64,000 bases of DNA from Phycisphaerales bacterium (GCA_003171335.1 PMYD01000101.1:6952-70951), one strand, 5' to 3'; shown: positions 27,843 through 37,957, numbered from the stretch's first letter. The notes: generated by a model not told the origin, from the letters alone. Numbers and translations are program-made.

Positions 27843-27921
27843 CTTAACTTGCCTTCGGGCCGCTGCGGAAAAAAATCCAAAAAAAGCTGTTGACAGACTG
27901 AATTGGATTTATTTATACATT

Positions 27922-28311
27922 TTGCACAACGTCCAATATATCCAGGTGACCATCATGCAAACATTTGAGCATTCGCCCGAACATCGCGCCAGCCTGTCAT
28001 CTGCGGCTCAGCTTGTGGGCTTTGCTTCCGATGCCGGCGGAGAAGTTGCATTGGCCGGCGGCCGGCCGATCCCGCCCAAGCTGTATCGCATCGGGGAAGT
28101 CGTCGATTACTCGGGCTTGAGCCGCCAGACGATCCACAATTACACGACCATGGGCCTGCTGCACGAGTCGCGTTGGACGCGTGGCGGGCACCGGCTGTAC
28201 GACGAGTCGGTCTTTGCACGTCTGGACCACATCACGCGGATGAAGCAGTTGCAGAAGACAATGCAGGAAATCCGCCAGTTTTTCGCGCAGGCGGACACGC
28301 AGGCCGTTTAG
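27922..28311 (+). CDS. MerR-family transcriptional regulator
   Basis: It has a MerR-type HTH (LYRIGEVVDYSGLSRQTIHNYTTMGLL). Confidence 0.75.
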   Translation: MHNVQYIQVTIMQTFEHSPEHRASLSSAAQLVGFASDAGGEVALAGGRPIPPKLYRIGEVVDYSGLSRQTIHNYTTMGLLHESRWTRGGHRLYDESVFARLDHITRMKQLQKTMQEIRQFFAQADTQAV

Positions 28312-28359
28312 CCGGCCGCGGGTGGCGGCGGACAGGAGGTCCGCCGCAAAGAGGTCAGG

Positions 28360-30876
28360 ATGACCGATGCACAGAAAAATGCGCCGCGGGCGTTCAGCCT
28401 GGCTGGCAAATGGCAGATGCCGCTGCTGATGGTCAGCCTGGTCGCCTGCGGCCTGGCCTTCTGGCACTGGATCGCCTCCGCCCCCAAGGAATCCTGGGAC
28501 GACCGCTTCGCCGCCGTCCAGCAGGCGGCCGAGTCCTACAAGGGCACCGACTTCGCCCCCATCGAACAGGCCGCACTCAAGGTGTTTGAGGAAATCCGCA
28601 AGGATGTCCCTCAAAACCGCGCCGCCGAGTGCGAAGGCCGGGCGTACCTGCTGCTGGGCGATATCCGCTGGCGGAGCATGACGGCCAACAACGATTGGAG
28701 CCGTGGCCAGTTCGAGGCGCTCGAACGCCACTACCGCTTCGCGCTGGAAGTCTGCGGCCAGCCGGCCACGCCCGAGCGAGCCGAGCGGCTGGGCCGCGCG
28801 TGCGAGGAACTGGGCCAGCCGGCCAAGGCCGTGCAATGGTACAACCGGGCGGTGGCGAAGGATGCCGCCCGGCGCGCCCGGCTGGACCGCCGGGTGATCG
28901 AGATGGCCCTGCGCGACCGCTCGATGACGGGGGAAGATCTGCTGGCCCGGCTGAAAGTGTACCTGCGGGCCGAGGGGCTGGATGGCGACTCTTACGGCTG
29001 GGCCCTGGATCGCGCCATCGACATCCTGCTGGAGATGAAGCGCCCCGACCGCGCCGACGAGCTGCTGGCGGCCGAGCGCATCGAGGTGGCGGCGCATGGC
29101 GAGGCCGCGCCCGTGCTGCGGCACGTGGAATATCAGCAGGCCCGGATCTGGGCTCGGCGCGGCTGGACGGAGCAGGCCGATAACCATCTCATCCAGCTCA
29201 TTCCGCAGGTGCCGCCCACCACGCCGCTGTATTCCAAGGCCTGCCTGCTTCGCGGGCAGTTGATTCGCCAGGATAATCCCATGGAAGCGGAGGAGCTGTT
29301 CCGCAACGTCCTGGCGCACAGCCCGCGGACGCCCCTGGCGGTGGCCGCCAGCGAAGGCCTGGCCTGCGCGTATGCCGATCAGCACGAGTACGACAAGGCC
29401 CTGAGCCAGTATTCCCAGGCCCTGGAAGGCCTGCTGGAGCAGCGCGACAACCCGTATGTGAACCTGGCCGATCTACGGCGCTCGCTGATCGCCAATCACC
29501 AGTTGTTGATGGAGGCCGGCCGGCCGGCCGACGCCCTGGGATTCGTCATCGCCGAGAAGAAATTGTTCGAGCTTCCCAGCCCGCCCTTCGCCGCCGCAGA
29601 GCACATGGAGATGTTCGAACGCTTGGGCGCCACCCACCTGGCGCTCGCTGCACAGGCCGCCGAGGCGCTGGCCAAGGCCACTGCCGGCGGGGCCGCTGCC
29701 GCCGAGATGGATGTGCTGGCCGGCAAGCGCGTGGATCACCTGGTGGAGGCGGGAAAGGTTTTCCGCCAGCGGGCCAAACTGGCCGAGCGGATCGACGTGC
29801 GGCTGTACGGCTCGAGCCTGTGGCAGGCGGCCGACGCCTTCTACCGGGCCGGCAAGCGCGAGGAGACGATCTCGACGCTTGAGGCCTTCATCGCCAGCCA
29901 GCCCGCCGACACGCGTGTGCCCGAGGCACGCTTCCTGCTGGGCCAGGCACTCCAGGCCAGCGGCAAGTACGACGAGGCCATCGCGGTCTACGACGAGAAT
30001 CTCAAGGTCTCCCAGCCGCCCGGGCGGCACGCCAAGGCGGTTGAGGGACTCATCCCCATGGCCATGTGCTATGTGGCCAAGGGCAAGAATTCGTATCCCA
30101 AGGCCGAAGAGATCCTGGTGAGCATCATCGACGGCGAGGGCAAGGTTTTCACGCCCGATTCCGAGCAGTACCACAGCGCGCTGTATGCCCTGGGCTGGCT
30201 GTGCCATCGCCAGGAGAAGTGGCCGCAGGCCCAGAAGGTGCTGGGCGAGGCCATTCAGCGCTCCCCCGGCAAACTGCTGACGACGGTGGATGGCGATTGT
30301 GCCGTGCAGCGCGAGCGATTCTGCCGGGCCACGCGGGCGATGTTCCTGACGGCCGACAGCTACCACTGCTCGGCCCGCGAGTTGGCGCGCTCGGCGCAGC
30401 AGGAGACCAAACAGCGCGTGCGCCGACAGCAGGAGGAGGCCCGCGATGAGCAGCTCGCCCGGGCGGATGAGTTGTTTGCCCAGGTGATCAGCCGCGTGGA
30501 GCAACTGGATGAGCCGCGCAGCGAACTGGATGAGACGTACCGCCGCAACAGCTATTTCTCCCGCGGCGACTGCCAGTTCGAGCTGAAGAATTACGAGCAG
30601 GCGCTCCAGCGTTACGAGGAGGCCGTCTTCCACTTCCAGACGCAGCCGGCGGCGCTGGGGGGGCTCATGCAGCAGTACAACTGCTATGTGGCGCTGGGCA
30701 AGCCCGGCGAGGCCCGCGTGGCCATCGAGCGCGCCCGCCAGCTTCGAAAGCAGATCCCCGATGCGGCCTTTGAAGGCCCCGATGCCGCCAATACGCCGCA
30801 GTCCTGGGACCAGTGGTTCGACACCGTGGAAAGAATGAACCCTGCCGTGAGCCAAGAGCCAGAGGAGCTGAAATGA
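28360..30876 (+). CDS. TPR-repeat protein with an N-terminal TM helix
   Basis: It contains multiple tetratricopeptide-like repeats. Its stop overlaps the start of the FlgN-like gene. Confidence 0.7.
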   Translation: MTDAQKNAPRAFSLAGKWQMPLLMVSLVACGLAFWHWIASAPKESWDDRFAAVQQAAESYKGTDFAPIEQAALKVFEEIRKDVPQNRAAECEGRAYLLLGDIRWRSMTANNDWSRGQFEALERHYRFALEVCGQPATPERAERLGRACEELGQPAKAVQWYNRAVAKDAARRARLDRRVIEMALRDRSMTGEDLLARLKVYLRAEGLDGDSYGWALDRAIDILLEMKRPDRADELLAAERIEVAAHGEAAPVLRHVEYQQARIWARRGWTEQADNHLIQLIPQVPPTTPLYSKACLLRGQLIRQDNPMEAEELFRNVLAHSPRTPLAVAASEGLACAYADQHEYDKALSQYSQALEGLLEQRDNPYVNLADLRRSLIANHQLLMEAGRPADALGFVIAEKKLFELPSPPFAAAEHMEMFERLGATHLALAAQAAEALAKATAGGAAAAEMDVLAGKRVDHLVEAGKVFRQRAKLAERIDVRLYGSSLWQAADAFYRAGKREETISTLEAFIASQPADTRVPEARFLLGQALQASGKYDEAIAVYDENLKVSQPPGRHAKAVEGLIPMAMCYVAKGKNSYPKAEEILVSIIDGEGKVFTPDSEQYHSALYALGWLCHRQEKWPQAQKVLGEAIQRSPGKLLTTVDGDCAVQRERFCRATRAMFLTADSYHCSARELARSAQQETKQRVRRQQEEARDEQLARADELFAQVISRVEQLDEPRSELDETYRRNSYFSRGDCQFELKNYEQALQRYEEAVFHFQTQPAALGGLMQQYNCYVALGKPGEARVAIERARQLRKQIPDAAFEGPDAANTPQSWDQWFDTVERMNPAVSQEPEELK

Positions 30877-31355
30877 CCGACTCGGTGATGAGCCAGGGCC
30901 AGCGCCTGATCGAACTGCTGACGCAGCAGCGCGATATCTACCGGGAGCTGCGCCAGCTCGCCGACCTCCAGCGGCAGGCCATCGACGGCGAAAACAGCGG
31001 CCACCTGTTGCGAATTCTGGGCGACCGCCAGCGGCTGATCAATCACCTAACCGAGGTGAACACCGAGCTGGAGCCCTTCCGCAGCCGCTGGGACCAGATT
31101 CGCCAGGGCATCGACCCGGCCGGCCGGCAGATTGTGGGCGAGCTGGTCGAGGAGGTGCAGGCGCTCCTGAAAGGAATTCTCGAACTGGATGAGAGCGACT
31201 GCGATGCGCTGAAGCGCCGCACGCGCAGCTGCCGCGACCAGGCGGCCGCACTGGCGGTCGGCCAGCGGGTGAACGCGGCCTATGCCGCCCGGCAATACCA
31301 ATACGCCGCGCCGCGCTACATCGATCGCACCGCCGGCGGGGAGGATCGGCGATGA
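30873..31355 (+). CDS. FlgN-like flagellar chaperone (putative)
   Basis: Its size and pattern (LIELLTQQRDIYRELRQLADLQRQAIDGENSGHLLRILGDRQRLINHLTEVNTELEPF) resemble FlgN. It is coupled to the downstream kinase. Confidence 0.4.
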   Translation: MTDSVMSQGQRLIELLTQQRDIYRELRQLADLQRQAIDGENSGHLLRILGDRQRLINHLTEVNTELEPFRSRWDQIRQGIDPAGRQIVGELVEEVQALLKGILELDESDCDALKRRTRSCRDQAAALAVGQRVNAAYAARQYQYAAPRYIDRTAGGEDRR

Positions 31356-32275
31356 CCGCCGCCTCCACCCTGCTGGCGGCCCCGGCGGCCGAGCCCATCA
31401 GCCAGACCCAACTGGCCGGCGCCATCGCGGCGTACACGCAGATCACGCAGCGGCTGCAGGAGTCGCACGACCGGCTGGCGCGCGAGGTGGCGCGCCTGCG
31501 GGCGGAGCTGGAAAGCAAGAATCGCGAGCTGGAGCGGCGCAGCCGCCTGGCGGCGCTGGGGCAGATGGCCGCCGGCATGGCGCACGAAATCCGCAATCCG
31601 CTGGGCGGCATCGCGCTGTACGCGTCGCTGCTGGCCAGCCGGCTGATGCAGGATGCCGAAGGCGCCGCCATCGCCACGCGCATCGCCACCGGCGTCGACC
31701 GGCTCAACGCCCTGGTGAACGACATCCTGGCCTTTGCCGGGGAGATCCAGCCGCAAAAGCGGCCCATTCTCCTGTCCGCGGTGCTGGGCGAGGCGCACGA
31801 ACTGGCCCGCGGCCGGCTCGAGGCGGCCGGCACGCGGCTGAGCATTCGCTGCGAGTGTGATGTCGAATTCCAGGGCGATGCCCACCTGCTGGTGCGGGCC
31901 ATCGCCAACCTGCTCTTTAACGCGTGCGACGCGGCGGGGGAGGGCGTCGTGGCGATCACGGCCGCACAGGTCGGCGGCGAGCTGGAGATTAGCGTCGCCG
32001 ACAGCGGGCCGGGCGTGCCGGCGGAGCTGCTGGACCGGATTTTCAACCCCTTCTTCACCACCAAGGATCGCGGCACGGGGCTGGGGCTGGCCATCGTGCA
32101 TCGCATTGTCGAAAGCCACGGCGGCCGCATCGCCGTGCGCAACGCCCCCGATGGGCAGGAGCCCGGCGGGGCGCATTTTGTCATCCGTTTGCCGACGGGG
32201 GCCGCCCAGGGCGCCGGCACGGGGAATGAAAGTGCGGGCCTCGGCGCGGCGGCAGGTTTTTCAGCAGGAGCGTAA
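31352..32275 (+). CDS. Cytoplasmic sensor histidine kinase (FlrB/FleS-like)
   Basis: It has the HisKA H-box (MAHEIRNPL) and an HATPase_c G-box (GTGLGLAIV), with no TM segments. Confidence 0.8.
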   Translation: MTAASTLLAAPAAEPISQTQLAGAIAAYTQITQRLQESHDRLAREVARLRAELESKNRELERRSRLAALGQMAAGMAHEIRNPLGGIALYASLLASRLMQDAEGAAIATRIATGVDRLNALVNDILAFAGEIQPQKRPILLSAVLGEAHELARGRLEAAGTRLSIRCECDVEFQGDAHLLVRAIANLLFNACDAAGEGVVAITAAQVGGELEISVADSGPGVPAELLDRIFNPFFTTKDRGTGLGLAIVHRIVESHGGRIAVRNAPDGQEPGGAHFVIRLPTGAAQGAGTGNESAGLGAAAGFSAGA

Positions 32276-32278
32276 GCA

Positions 32279-33658
32279 ATGGCGCGTGTGTGCGTGGTTG
32301 ATGATAACGACATGATGCGGGACTCGCTGGCGGCCACGCTGGCGGCGGCGCAGCACGAGGTGACCACGTTCCCCTCGGCTCAGGACATGCTCTCGGCAGC
32401 GACGGAGAGCTTCGACCTGGTCATCACGGACCTGAAGATGCCGCGCATGGACGGTGTGGCCTTCCTCCAGAAGCTGCGCCAAAACGGCGTGGAGACGCCG
32501 GTGATTCTCATGACCGCCTACGGCACCATCCACTCGGCGGTCCAGGCCATGCGGCTGGGTGCGTTCGACTATATCACCAAGCCGTTCGACGGCCCGGCCA
32601 TCGAGGCCCTGGTCGATCGGGCCGTGGCCCACGGCAGGCTGCAGCGCGAAAACGAGGTGCTCAAGGCCGAGCTGTCGGAAAAGCCCGCGCCCAGCCAGTT
32701 GATCGGCATCTCGGAGGCCATGGCCGAGATCAGCAAGCGGATCGCCCAGGTGGCCAACAGCCAGGTGACGGTGCTGATTGTTGGCGAGAGCGGCACGGGC
32801 AAGGAGGTCATCGCCCGGGCCATTCACGCCGCCTCCGGCCGGCGGGAAAAGCCCATGCTGGCGGTCAATTGCGCCGCGTTGAGTCGGGGGCTGCTGGAGA
32901 GCGAGCTGTTCGGTCACGAAAAGGGCGCCTTCACCGGCGCCGACCGGCTGCGCCGCGGGCGCTTCGAGCTGGCCGATGACGGCACGCTGCTGCTGGATGA
33001 GATCAGCGAGATGGACCTGAACCTGCAGGCCAAGCTGCTGCGGGTGCTCCAGGAGAAGACCTTCGAGCGCGTCGGCTCGAGCATCACCCGCCGGGCGAAC
33101 GTGCGGGTGATCGTCACGACCAACCGCGACTTGAAGGTGTGGGTGGCCCAGCGTCGCTTCCGGGCGGACCTTTACTACCGGCTCAACGTGGTGCCCATCA
33201 CGGTGCCGCCGCTGCGGCAGCGCGTGGCGGATATCGAGCCGCTGGCGGAGTACTTCAATTTCCAGGTCGCCCAGCGCGAAGGGCGCTCGGCCAAGCGGCT
33301 GGAGGAGTCGGCGCTGGAGGCGCTGCGGCGCTATTCCTGGCCCGGCAATGTCCGTGAGCTTCAGAACATCGTGGAGCGCGCCAACGTGCTGGCGGAAGGG
33401 CCGGTCATACGGGGCTCCAGCCTGTCGCCCTGGTTGGATGGCTCGCTGGCCCCCGAGGCGGGCGAAACCGCCGCCGCCCCGCTGGCCGATGGCCGGCTGA
33501 TGGAAGAGATGGAAAAGCGCCTGATCTATCAAACGCTGGACCGCTTCGGCGGCCATCGCGCCCGCACCGCGCGGGCCTTGGGCATCGGCATTCGCACGCT
33601 GGGCATGAAGCTGAAGAACTACCGCCAGGTAGAACTGGCCATGATGCCGGGAGCCTGA
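32279..33658 (+). CDS. Sigma-54-dependent response regulator (NtrC/FlrC/FleR family)
   Basis: It has a REC domain, an AAA+ domain with GAFTGA and a C-terminal HTH. Confidence 0.9.
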   Translation: MARVCVVDDNDMMRDSLAATLAAAQHEVTTFPSAQDMLSAATESFDLVITDLKMPRMDGVAFLQKLRQNGVETPVILMTAYGTIHSAVQAMRLGAFDYITKPFDGPAIEALVDRAVAHGRLQRENEVLKAELSEKPAPSQLIGISEAMAEISKRIAQVANSQVTVLIVGESGTGKEVIARAIHAASGRREKPMLAVNCAALSRGLLESELFGHEKGAFTGADRLRRGRFELADDGTLLLDEISEMDLNLQAKLLRVLQEKTFERVGSSITRRANVRVIVTTNRDLKVWVAQRRFRADLYYRLNVVPITVPPLRQRVADIEPLAEYFNFQVAQREGRSAKRLEESALEALRRYSWPGNVRELQNIVERANVLAEGPVIRGSSLSPWLDGSLAPEAGETAAAPLADGRLMEEMEKRLIYQTLDRFGGHRARTARALGIGIRTLGMKLKNYRQVELAMMPGA

Positions 33659-33863
33659 ATCAGGTTTCACTTCCGACTAAGTCGGAAGTGGGATAACGGG
33701 CGAATTAGGCAAGATAGGTAAGGACGTTATGCGGCAAGAACTGCTGGACAAGCGCAGAAATTGCGCGGGCACGACGAAGCCCCGAAAAAGAGGCACTGAG
33801 GCGTAGGTGCGTAAGATGCCAAGTACAAACAGCTTAACAGCAAATCTGCGGCCCTGCCTTGCG

Positions 33864-33879
33864 TGGCACAGCCGTTGTT
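33864..33879 (+). promoter_or_regulatory. Sigma-54 promoter candidate TGGCAC-N5-TTGT upstream of flgB
   Basis: The -24 GG and -12 TG spacing is exact, ~45 bp upstream of the flgB start and adjacent to the sigma-54 activator. Confidence 0.5.
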
Positions 33880-33924
33880 TAACGTTCTGGCGGCGCGCAG
33901 CGCGCGCCAATTGAGGATTGGGCG

Positions 33925-34353
33925 ATGGATTTCTTCGGGCTGCTGTTTGACAACTCGTCGCTGCCGGTGCTGGGCGATGTGATGGCCTTCACCGAGCAGC
34001 GTCAGGCGGTGTTGGCGGATGATGTGGCCAACAGCAACACGCCCTTCTTCCGCCAGCGCGACTTGCCGGTGGATGAGTTCACGACAGCGCTGGATGAGGC
34101 GATCCAGCATCGCGATGTGACGTCCCCGCACCGGTATCAGCCGCGCTCGACGCGGAATGTGAGCTTCAATCCGCGGCTGTCGGTGAAGACGCAGGAAATC
34201 GGCGGCCTGATGAACTACTACGACGGGGCCGACCGCAGCCTGGAGCATATTCAAAACGAACTGTTGAAAAATGCCATCATGCACGAGACGGCGGCCAGGC
34301 TTTTCAGCCACCAGAGTCAAATGCTGACGGTGGCCATTCAGGAACGCGTGTAA
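33925..34353 (+). CDS. flgB: Flagellar basal-body rod protein FlgB
   Basis: It shows the FlgB N-terminal pattern. Confidence 0.9.
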   Translation: MDFFGLLFDNSSLPVLGDVMAFTEQRQAVLADDVANSNTPFFRQRDLPVDEFTTALDEAIQHRDVTSPHRYQPRSTRNVSFNPRLSVKTQEIGGLMNYYDGADRSLEHIQNELLKNAIMHETAARLFSHQSQMLTVAIQERV

Positions 34354-34370
34354 GCGGAGCAAGGTGAACC

Positions 34371-34775
34371 ATGTTCAACACGTTTGATGTGTCGGTCAGC
34401 GGGATGGTGGCCAGCCGGATCTGGTTTGACACCAGCGCCGCCAACCAGGCCAACATGTTCACGACGGAAGATCAGGACGGCAACCCCTGCGTTTACAAGC
34501 GCCGCTATCCGACTTTCAAAGTCGCCCAGGACGGCCAGGGCGTGCAGGTCGCCAGTATCGAGACTGACGAGGACAGCGTCCGCTGGAAACATGAACCCGG
34601 TAACCCGGACGCTGTAAAGACCGGTCCCTATAAGGGCTACGTCCAAATTCCCAAAGTGGACCTGCACACTGAAATTACCAATTCGATGGTCGCCGAACGG
34701 GCCTATGAGGCCAACCTGACGGCGCTCCAGATAAGCAAGCAGATGATCAGTTCGGACCTGAGGATCTTGGGATAG
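34371..34775 (+). CDS. flgC: Flagellar basal-body rod protein FlgC
   Basis: It has the FlgC pattern and the C-terminal ANLTALQ rod motif. Confidence 0.9.
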   Translation: MFNTFDVSVSGMVASRIWFDTSAANQANMFTTEDQDGNPCVYKRRYPTFKVAQDGQGVQVASIETDEDSVRWKHEPGNPDAVKTGPYKGYVQIPKVDLHTEITNSMVAERAYEANLTALQISKQMISSDLRILG

Positions 34776-34777
34776 AG

Positions 34778-34889
34778 GAATTTCAAGTTGCAGATTTCAA
34801 ATTTCAAATTTGAAGAAAGAACCAGGCTCTCTCTGCCGAGCGGAGCTGGTTCCCCAAATTTGCAATCTGCAATTGGCAATTTGCAATCC
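34778..34889. repeat. Second heptad-repeat hairpin element (ATTTCAA/TTGCAAT arms, inner GAACCAG..CTGGTTC palindrome) between flgC and fliE
   Basis: It can be read directly and is the same family as 4914-5042. Confidence 0.75.
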
Positions 34890-34897
34890 CCCGGGGT

Positions 34898-35212
34898 TTG
34901 ACCATGACACAAATCAACTTGACGACCATTCCGGACCTTGGCCGGCTCGGGCCGGTCGATCCGGCGCAGAAGCAGGCGGGAACCCCTTCGGCCGGCGGAT
35001 TCGCCGATGTGCTGAAGAAGAGCCTCGACGAGGTCAACCAGCTCCAACTGGATGCGGAAAAAGCCGTCAACGCCCTGGCGACGGGCAAGAACGATAACGT
35101 CGCCGAGGTGATGACGGCCGTGCAGAAGGCGGACCTGGCGTTCAAAACCATGCTCCAGATCCGCAACAAGCTGCTGGATGCGTACAACCAGGTGCAGCAG
35201 ATGAGGATTTAG
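34898..35212 (+). CDS. fliE: Flagellar hook-basal body protein FliE
   Basis: Its size, position and C-terminal pattern match FliE. Confidence 0.8.
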   Translation: MTMTQINLTTIPDLGRLGPVDPAQKQAGTPSAGGFADVLKKSLDEVNQLQLDAEKAVNALATGKNDNVAEVMTAVQKADLAFKTMLQIRNKLLDAYNQVQQMRI

Positions 35213-35269
35213 CGGCCGTTCGTGCCGGCGCGGAGACGCCGGCGGGCGTAGGTCACGGAGGACCGACAG

Positions 35270-36877
35270 GTGCGATTCATCCGGGCGTACATCGAGCAGA
35301 TCAAGCGGCTGTGGGTTGCGCTGAGCGGTTCGGCGCGGCTGGCGCTGCTGCTGCTGGTGGTACTGGTGGCCGTCACGCTGGTGTGGCTGGTGGCCGTCAT
35401 CGGCGCCCGGCCGCACAGTGTGGCCGTCTTCAACACGACGCTGTCGGATGAGCAGAGCGGGGCGGCCCAGCAACTGCTGCATCGCGAGAAGATCGACGTC
35501 ACCCTCGTCAACGGCCTGCTCATGGTGCCCTCCGAACGGCGCGATGATGCCATCGCGCTATTGGCCTCACAGAGCATTCTGCCTGCCGACCCGGCCAGCG
35601 AACTCGATAGCCAGGTGCGCCAGTCGTCGATGTGGCGCACGGAGCCGGAGAACCAGCGGCTGTGGCAGCAGCTTCGCCAGGAGCAGCTTTCGCGCTGGAT
35701 CGCCAAGTTCCCCGGCGTGCGCACGGCACAGGTGATCCTGGAGCCCGGCCACGCCCGCCAACTGGGCACGCCGGCCGTCACACCCACCGCCAGCGTGTGC
35801 CTGACCTTGAAGCCGGGCGGTTCGATGAGCCGCCAGCTCGTCAAGGCCATCGCCGAGCAGGTCTCCGGCTGCGTGGGCAGCATGAAGTCTTCCGACGTTC
35901 GCATCGTCGCCGACGGCCGACCCTACCGGGCCAAAGATGAGCAGGCCGCCGATGGCGAAATGATGGAGCTGGTGGCCGAGCAGGAGCGGCGATTTGAGAC
36001 GAAGATCCAGGACCTGCTGCGGATCGACGGCCTGCTGGTGGGGGTCTATGTCGAGCCCGACCCGGTCCGCACGCGGCACACGGAGGAAACCAAGTACCAG
36101 GAGCCCGTGCAGGCCCCAGCCAATAAGGTGACGGAAGAATCCACGCAGACGGCCCGCAGGACGGCCGCCGAGCCGGGCGTCATGACCAACACGGGCACCC
36201 CGCGCATCGCCGCCAATACCGGCGGGGAAAGCTCGATGGAGAAAACCGAAACCGCCACGGACAGCCGCTTCCCCTTCAAGCACACCATCGAGGAGGCGGT
36301 CGGCTGTTTTGTCAAGAGCGTGTCGGTCTCGGTGAACGTGCCGCGCGATTACCTGCTCGCCGCCGTCAAGAAGATCAAGGGCGACAAAGTTGAACCCTCC
36401 GAGGCGGAAGTGGCGGCGGAGCTGTCCAAGATTGATGACCTGGTCCGAGGCCTCATCAAGGCCCCGCCGGCCGATCCTGCCCGGCCCGACAACCAGGTGG
36501 TGGTGAAGTACTACGTGGGCGCACCGGCGGTGGCGGCGCAGGAAGTGGCGTACGCCGGCGTGCACTTGGCCTTCGGCAGCTACGGCAAGGAGGCCGTGCT
36601 GGCGGGCCTGGCGGTGCTCGCGCTGGTGATGGTGCTGATGTTCGCCCGTCGGCGGGCGCCCTCGCCGCCGCTGCTGGAGCCCCCGACGATGGAAGAGAAG
36701 ATCAGCCTCGAGGACGCCGTCGGGGCTATCGAGGGCCAGGAAGGCGCTCTGGAAGGCCTGGAACTGGACGATGAGGCGGTGCGCTTCCAGAAAGTCGTCG
36801 AGCAGATCGGCGAGATGGTCCGCGAGAAGCCCGATGCGGCCAGCAACCTCATCCAGCGATGGATCGACGCGAAGTAG
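35270..36877 (+). CDS. fliF: Flagellar MS-ring protein FliF
   Basis: It has the FliF pattern with N- and C-terminal TM segments. Confidence 0.9.
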   Translation: MRFIRAYIEQIKRLWVALSGSARLALLLLVVLVAVTLVWLVAVIGARPHSVAVFNTTLSDEQSGAAQQLLHREKIDVTLVNGLLMVPSERRDDAIALLASQSILPADPASELDSQVRQSSMWRTEPENQRLWQQLRQEQLSRWIAKFPGVRTAQVILEPGHARQLGTPAVTPTASVCLTLKPGGSMSRQLVKAIAEQVSGCVGSMKSSDVRIVADGRPYRAKDEQAADGEMMELVAEQERRFETKIQDLLRIDGLLVGVYVEPDPVRTRHTEETKYQEPVQAPANKVTEESTQTARRTAAEPGVMTNTGTPRIAANTGGESSMEKTETATDSRFPFKHTIEEAVGCFVKSVSVSVNVPRDYLLAAVKKIKGDKVEPSEAEVAAELSKIDDLVRGLIKAPPADPARPDNQVVVKYYVGAPAVAAQEVAYAGVHLAFGSYGKEAVLAGLAVLALVMVLMFARRRAPSPPLLEPPTMEEKISLEDAVGAIEGQEGALEGLELDDEAVRFQKVVEQIGEMVREKPDAASNLIQRWIDAK

Positions 36878-36892
36878 CGAGCAGGAGACGGT

Positions 36893-37912
36893 ATGGCCGG
36901 CGAGGAACTAGCGCAGTTGACGGGCATCCGCAAGGCGGCCATTTTCCTGCTGTCGGTGGGGCAGGAGACCGCGACGGAGATTCTCCGTCGGCTGGAGCCC
37001 GAGAAGGTGGAGGAGGTGTCGCGCGAGATCGCCGCGCTTCAGGGCGTGGGCACCACGCAGCGCGACGCTGTGCTCACCGAGTTCTACCACCTGGCGCTGG
37101 CCTCCAACTACATGGAAGAGGGCGGCCTGGCGTACGCGACGGCGCTCTTGCGGCGCAGCCTGCCTGATGATGCCGCCAAGAAGGTCATCGGCCAGGTCAC
37201 GCAAGCCATCAAGCGCAGCCCCTTCAGCTTCCTCCAGAAGGCCGATGGCGAAAACCTGCTGACGTTCATCCAGGATGAGCACCCCCAGACCATCGCCATG
37301 ATCCTGTGCTACCTGCCCTCCGATAAGGCCTCGGAGGTGCTGGCGGGGTTGCCCTCGGCCAAGCAGATCGAAGTCGTCAAGCGCGTGGCCAACATGGAGC
37401 AGACCAACCCCGCGGTCATCCGCGAGGTGGAGCAGGGGCTGGAACATCGGCTTTCGGCGATCGTCAACCAGAGCTTCGAGAAGGTCGGCGGCGTCAACAC
37501 CGTGGCCGAGATGCTCAACCTGGCCGACCGCGCGACGGAAAAGGCCATCCTGGAAGGCTTGGAGGCCGAGGATCCCGAGCTGGTCGAGTCCATCCGGCGG
37601 CTGATGTTCGTGTTCGAGGACATCCTGCAGGTTCAGGACCGCGGCATCCAGTCGGTTTTGAAGGAGGTCGAGAACGACGAGCTAGCGCTGGCGTTGAAGA
37701 CGGCCAGCGAGGAACTGAAGGAAAAGCTGTTCCGCAACATGTCCGACCGCGCCGCCGACCTGATCCGCGAGGAAATGGAGTACATGGGCCCGGTGCGCGT
37801 CAGCGATGTGGAGGCGGCCCAGCAGAAGATCGTGGACGTCGTGCGGCGGCTGGAAGATGCCGGCGAGATCGTCATCGCCGGCCGCGGCGGCGACAACGAC
37901 ATCGTCGAATAG
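36893..37912 (+). CDS. fliG: Flagellar motor switch protein FliG
   Basis: It shows the FliG pattern. Confidence 0.9.
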   Translation: MAGEELAQLTGIRKAAIFLLSVGQETATEILRRLEPEKVEEVSREIAALQGVGTTQRDAVLTEFYHLALASNYMEEGGLAYATALLRRSLPDDAAKKVIGQVTQAIKRSPFSFLQKADGENLLTFIQDEHPQTIAMILCYLPSDKASEVLAGLPSAKQIEVVKRVANMEQTNPAVIREVEQGLEHRLSAIVNQSFEKVGGVNTVAEMLNLADRATEKAILEGLEAEDPELVESIRRLMFVFEDILQVQDRGIQSVLKEVENDELALALKTASEELKEKLFRNMSDRAADLIREEMEYMGPVRVSDVEAAQQKIVDVVRRLEDAGEIVIAGRGGDNDIVE

Positions 37913-37957
37913 CGGGATGGCTTGGTGGCACAGGCTTTCGGCTTGTGACTGTGAAAT

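Noticed and set aside
34853-34889. A sigma-54 promoter inside the TTGCAAT repeats (GGCA...TTGCA)
   Set aside because: The spacing between GG and GC is 8 nt, not 12. It is not a valid -24/-12 promoter.
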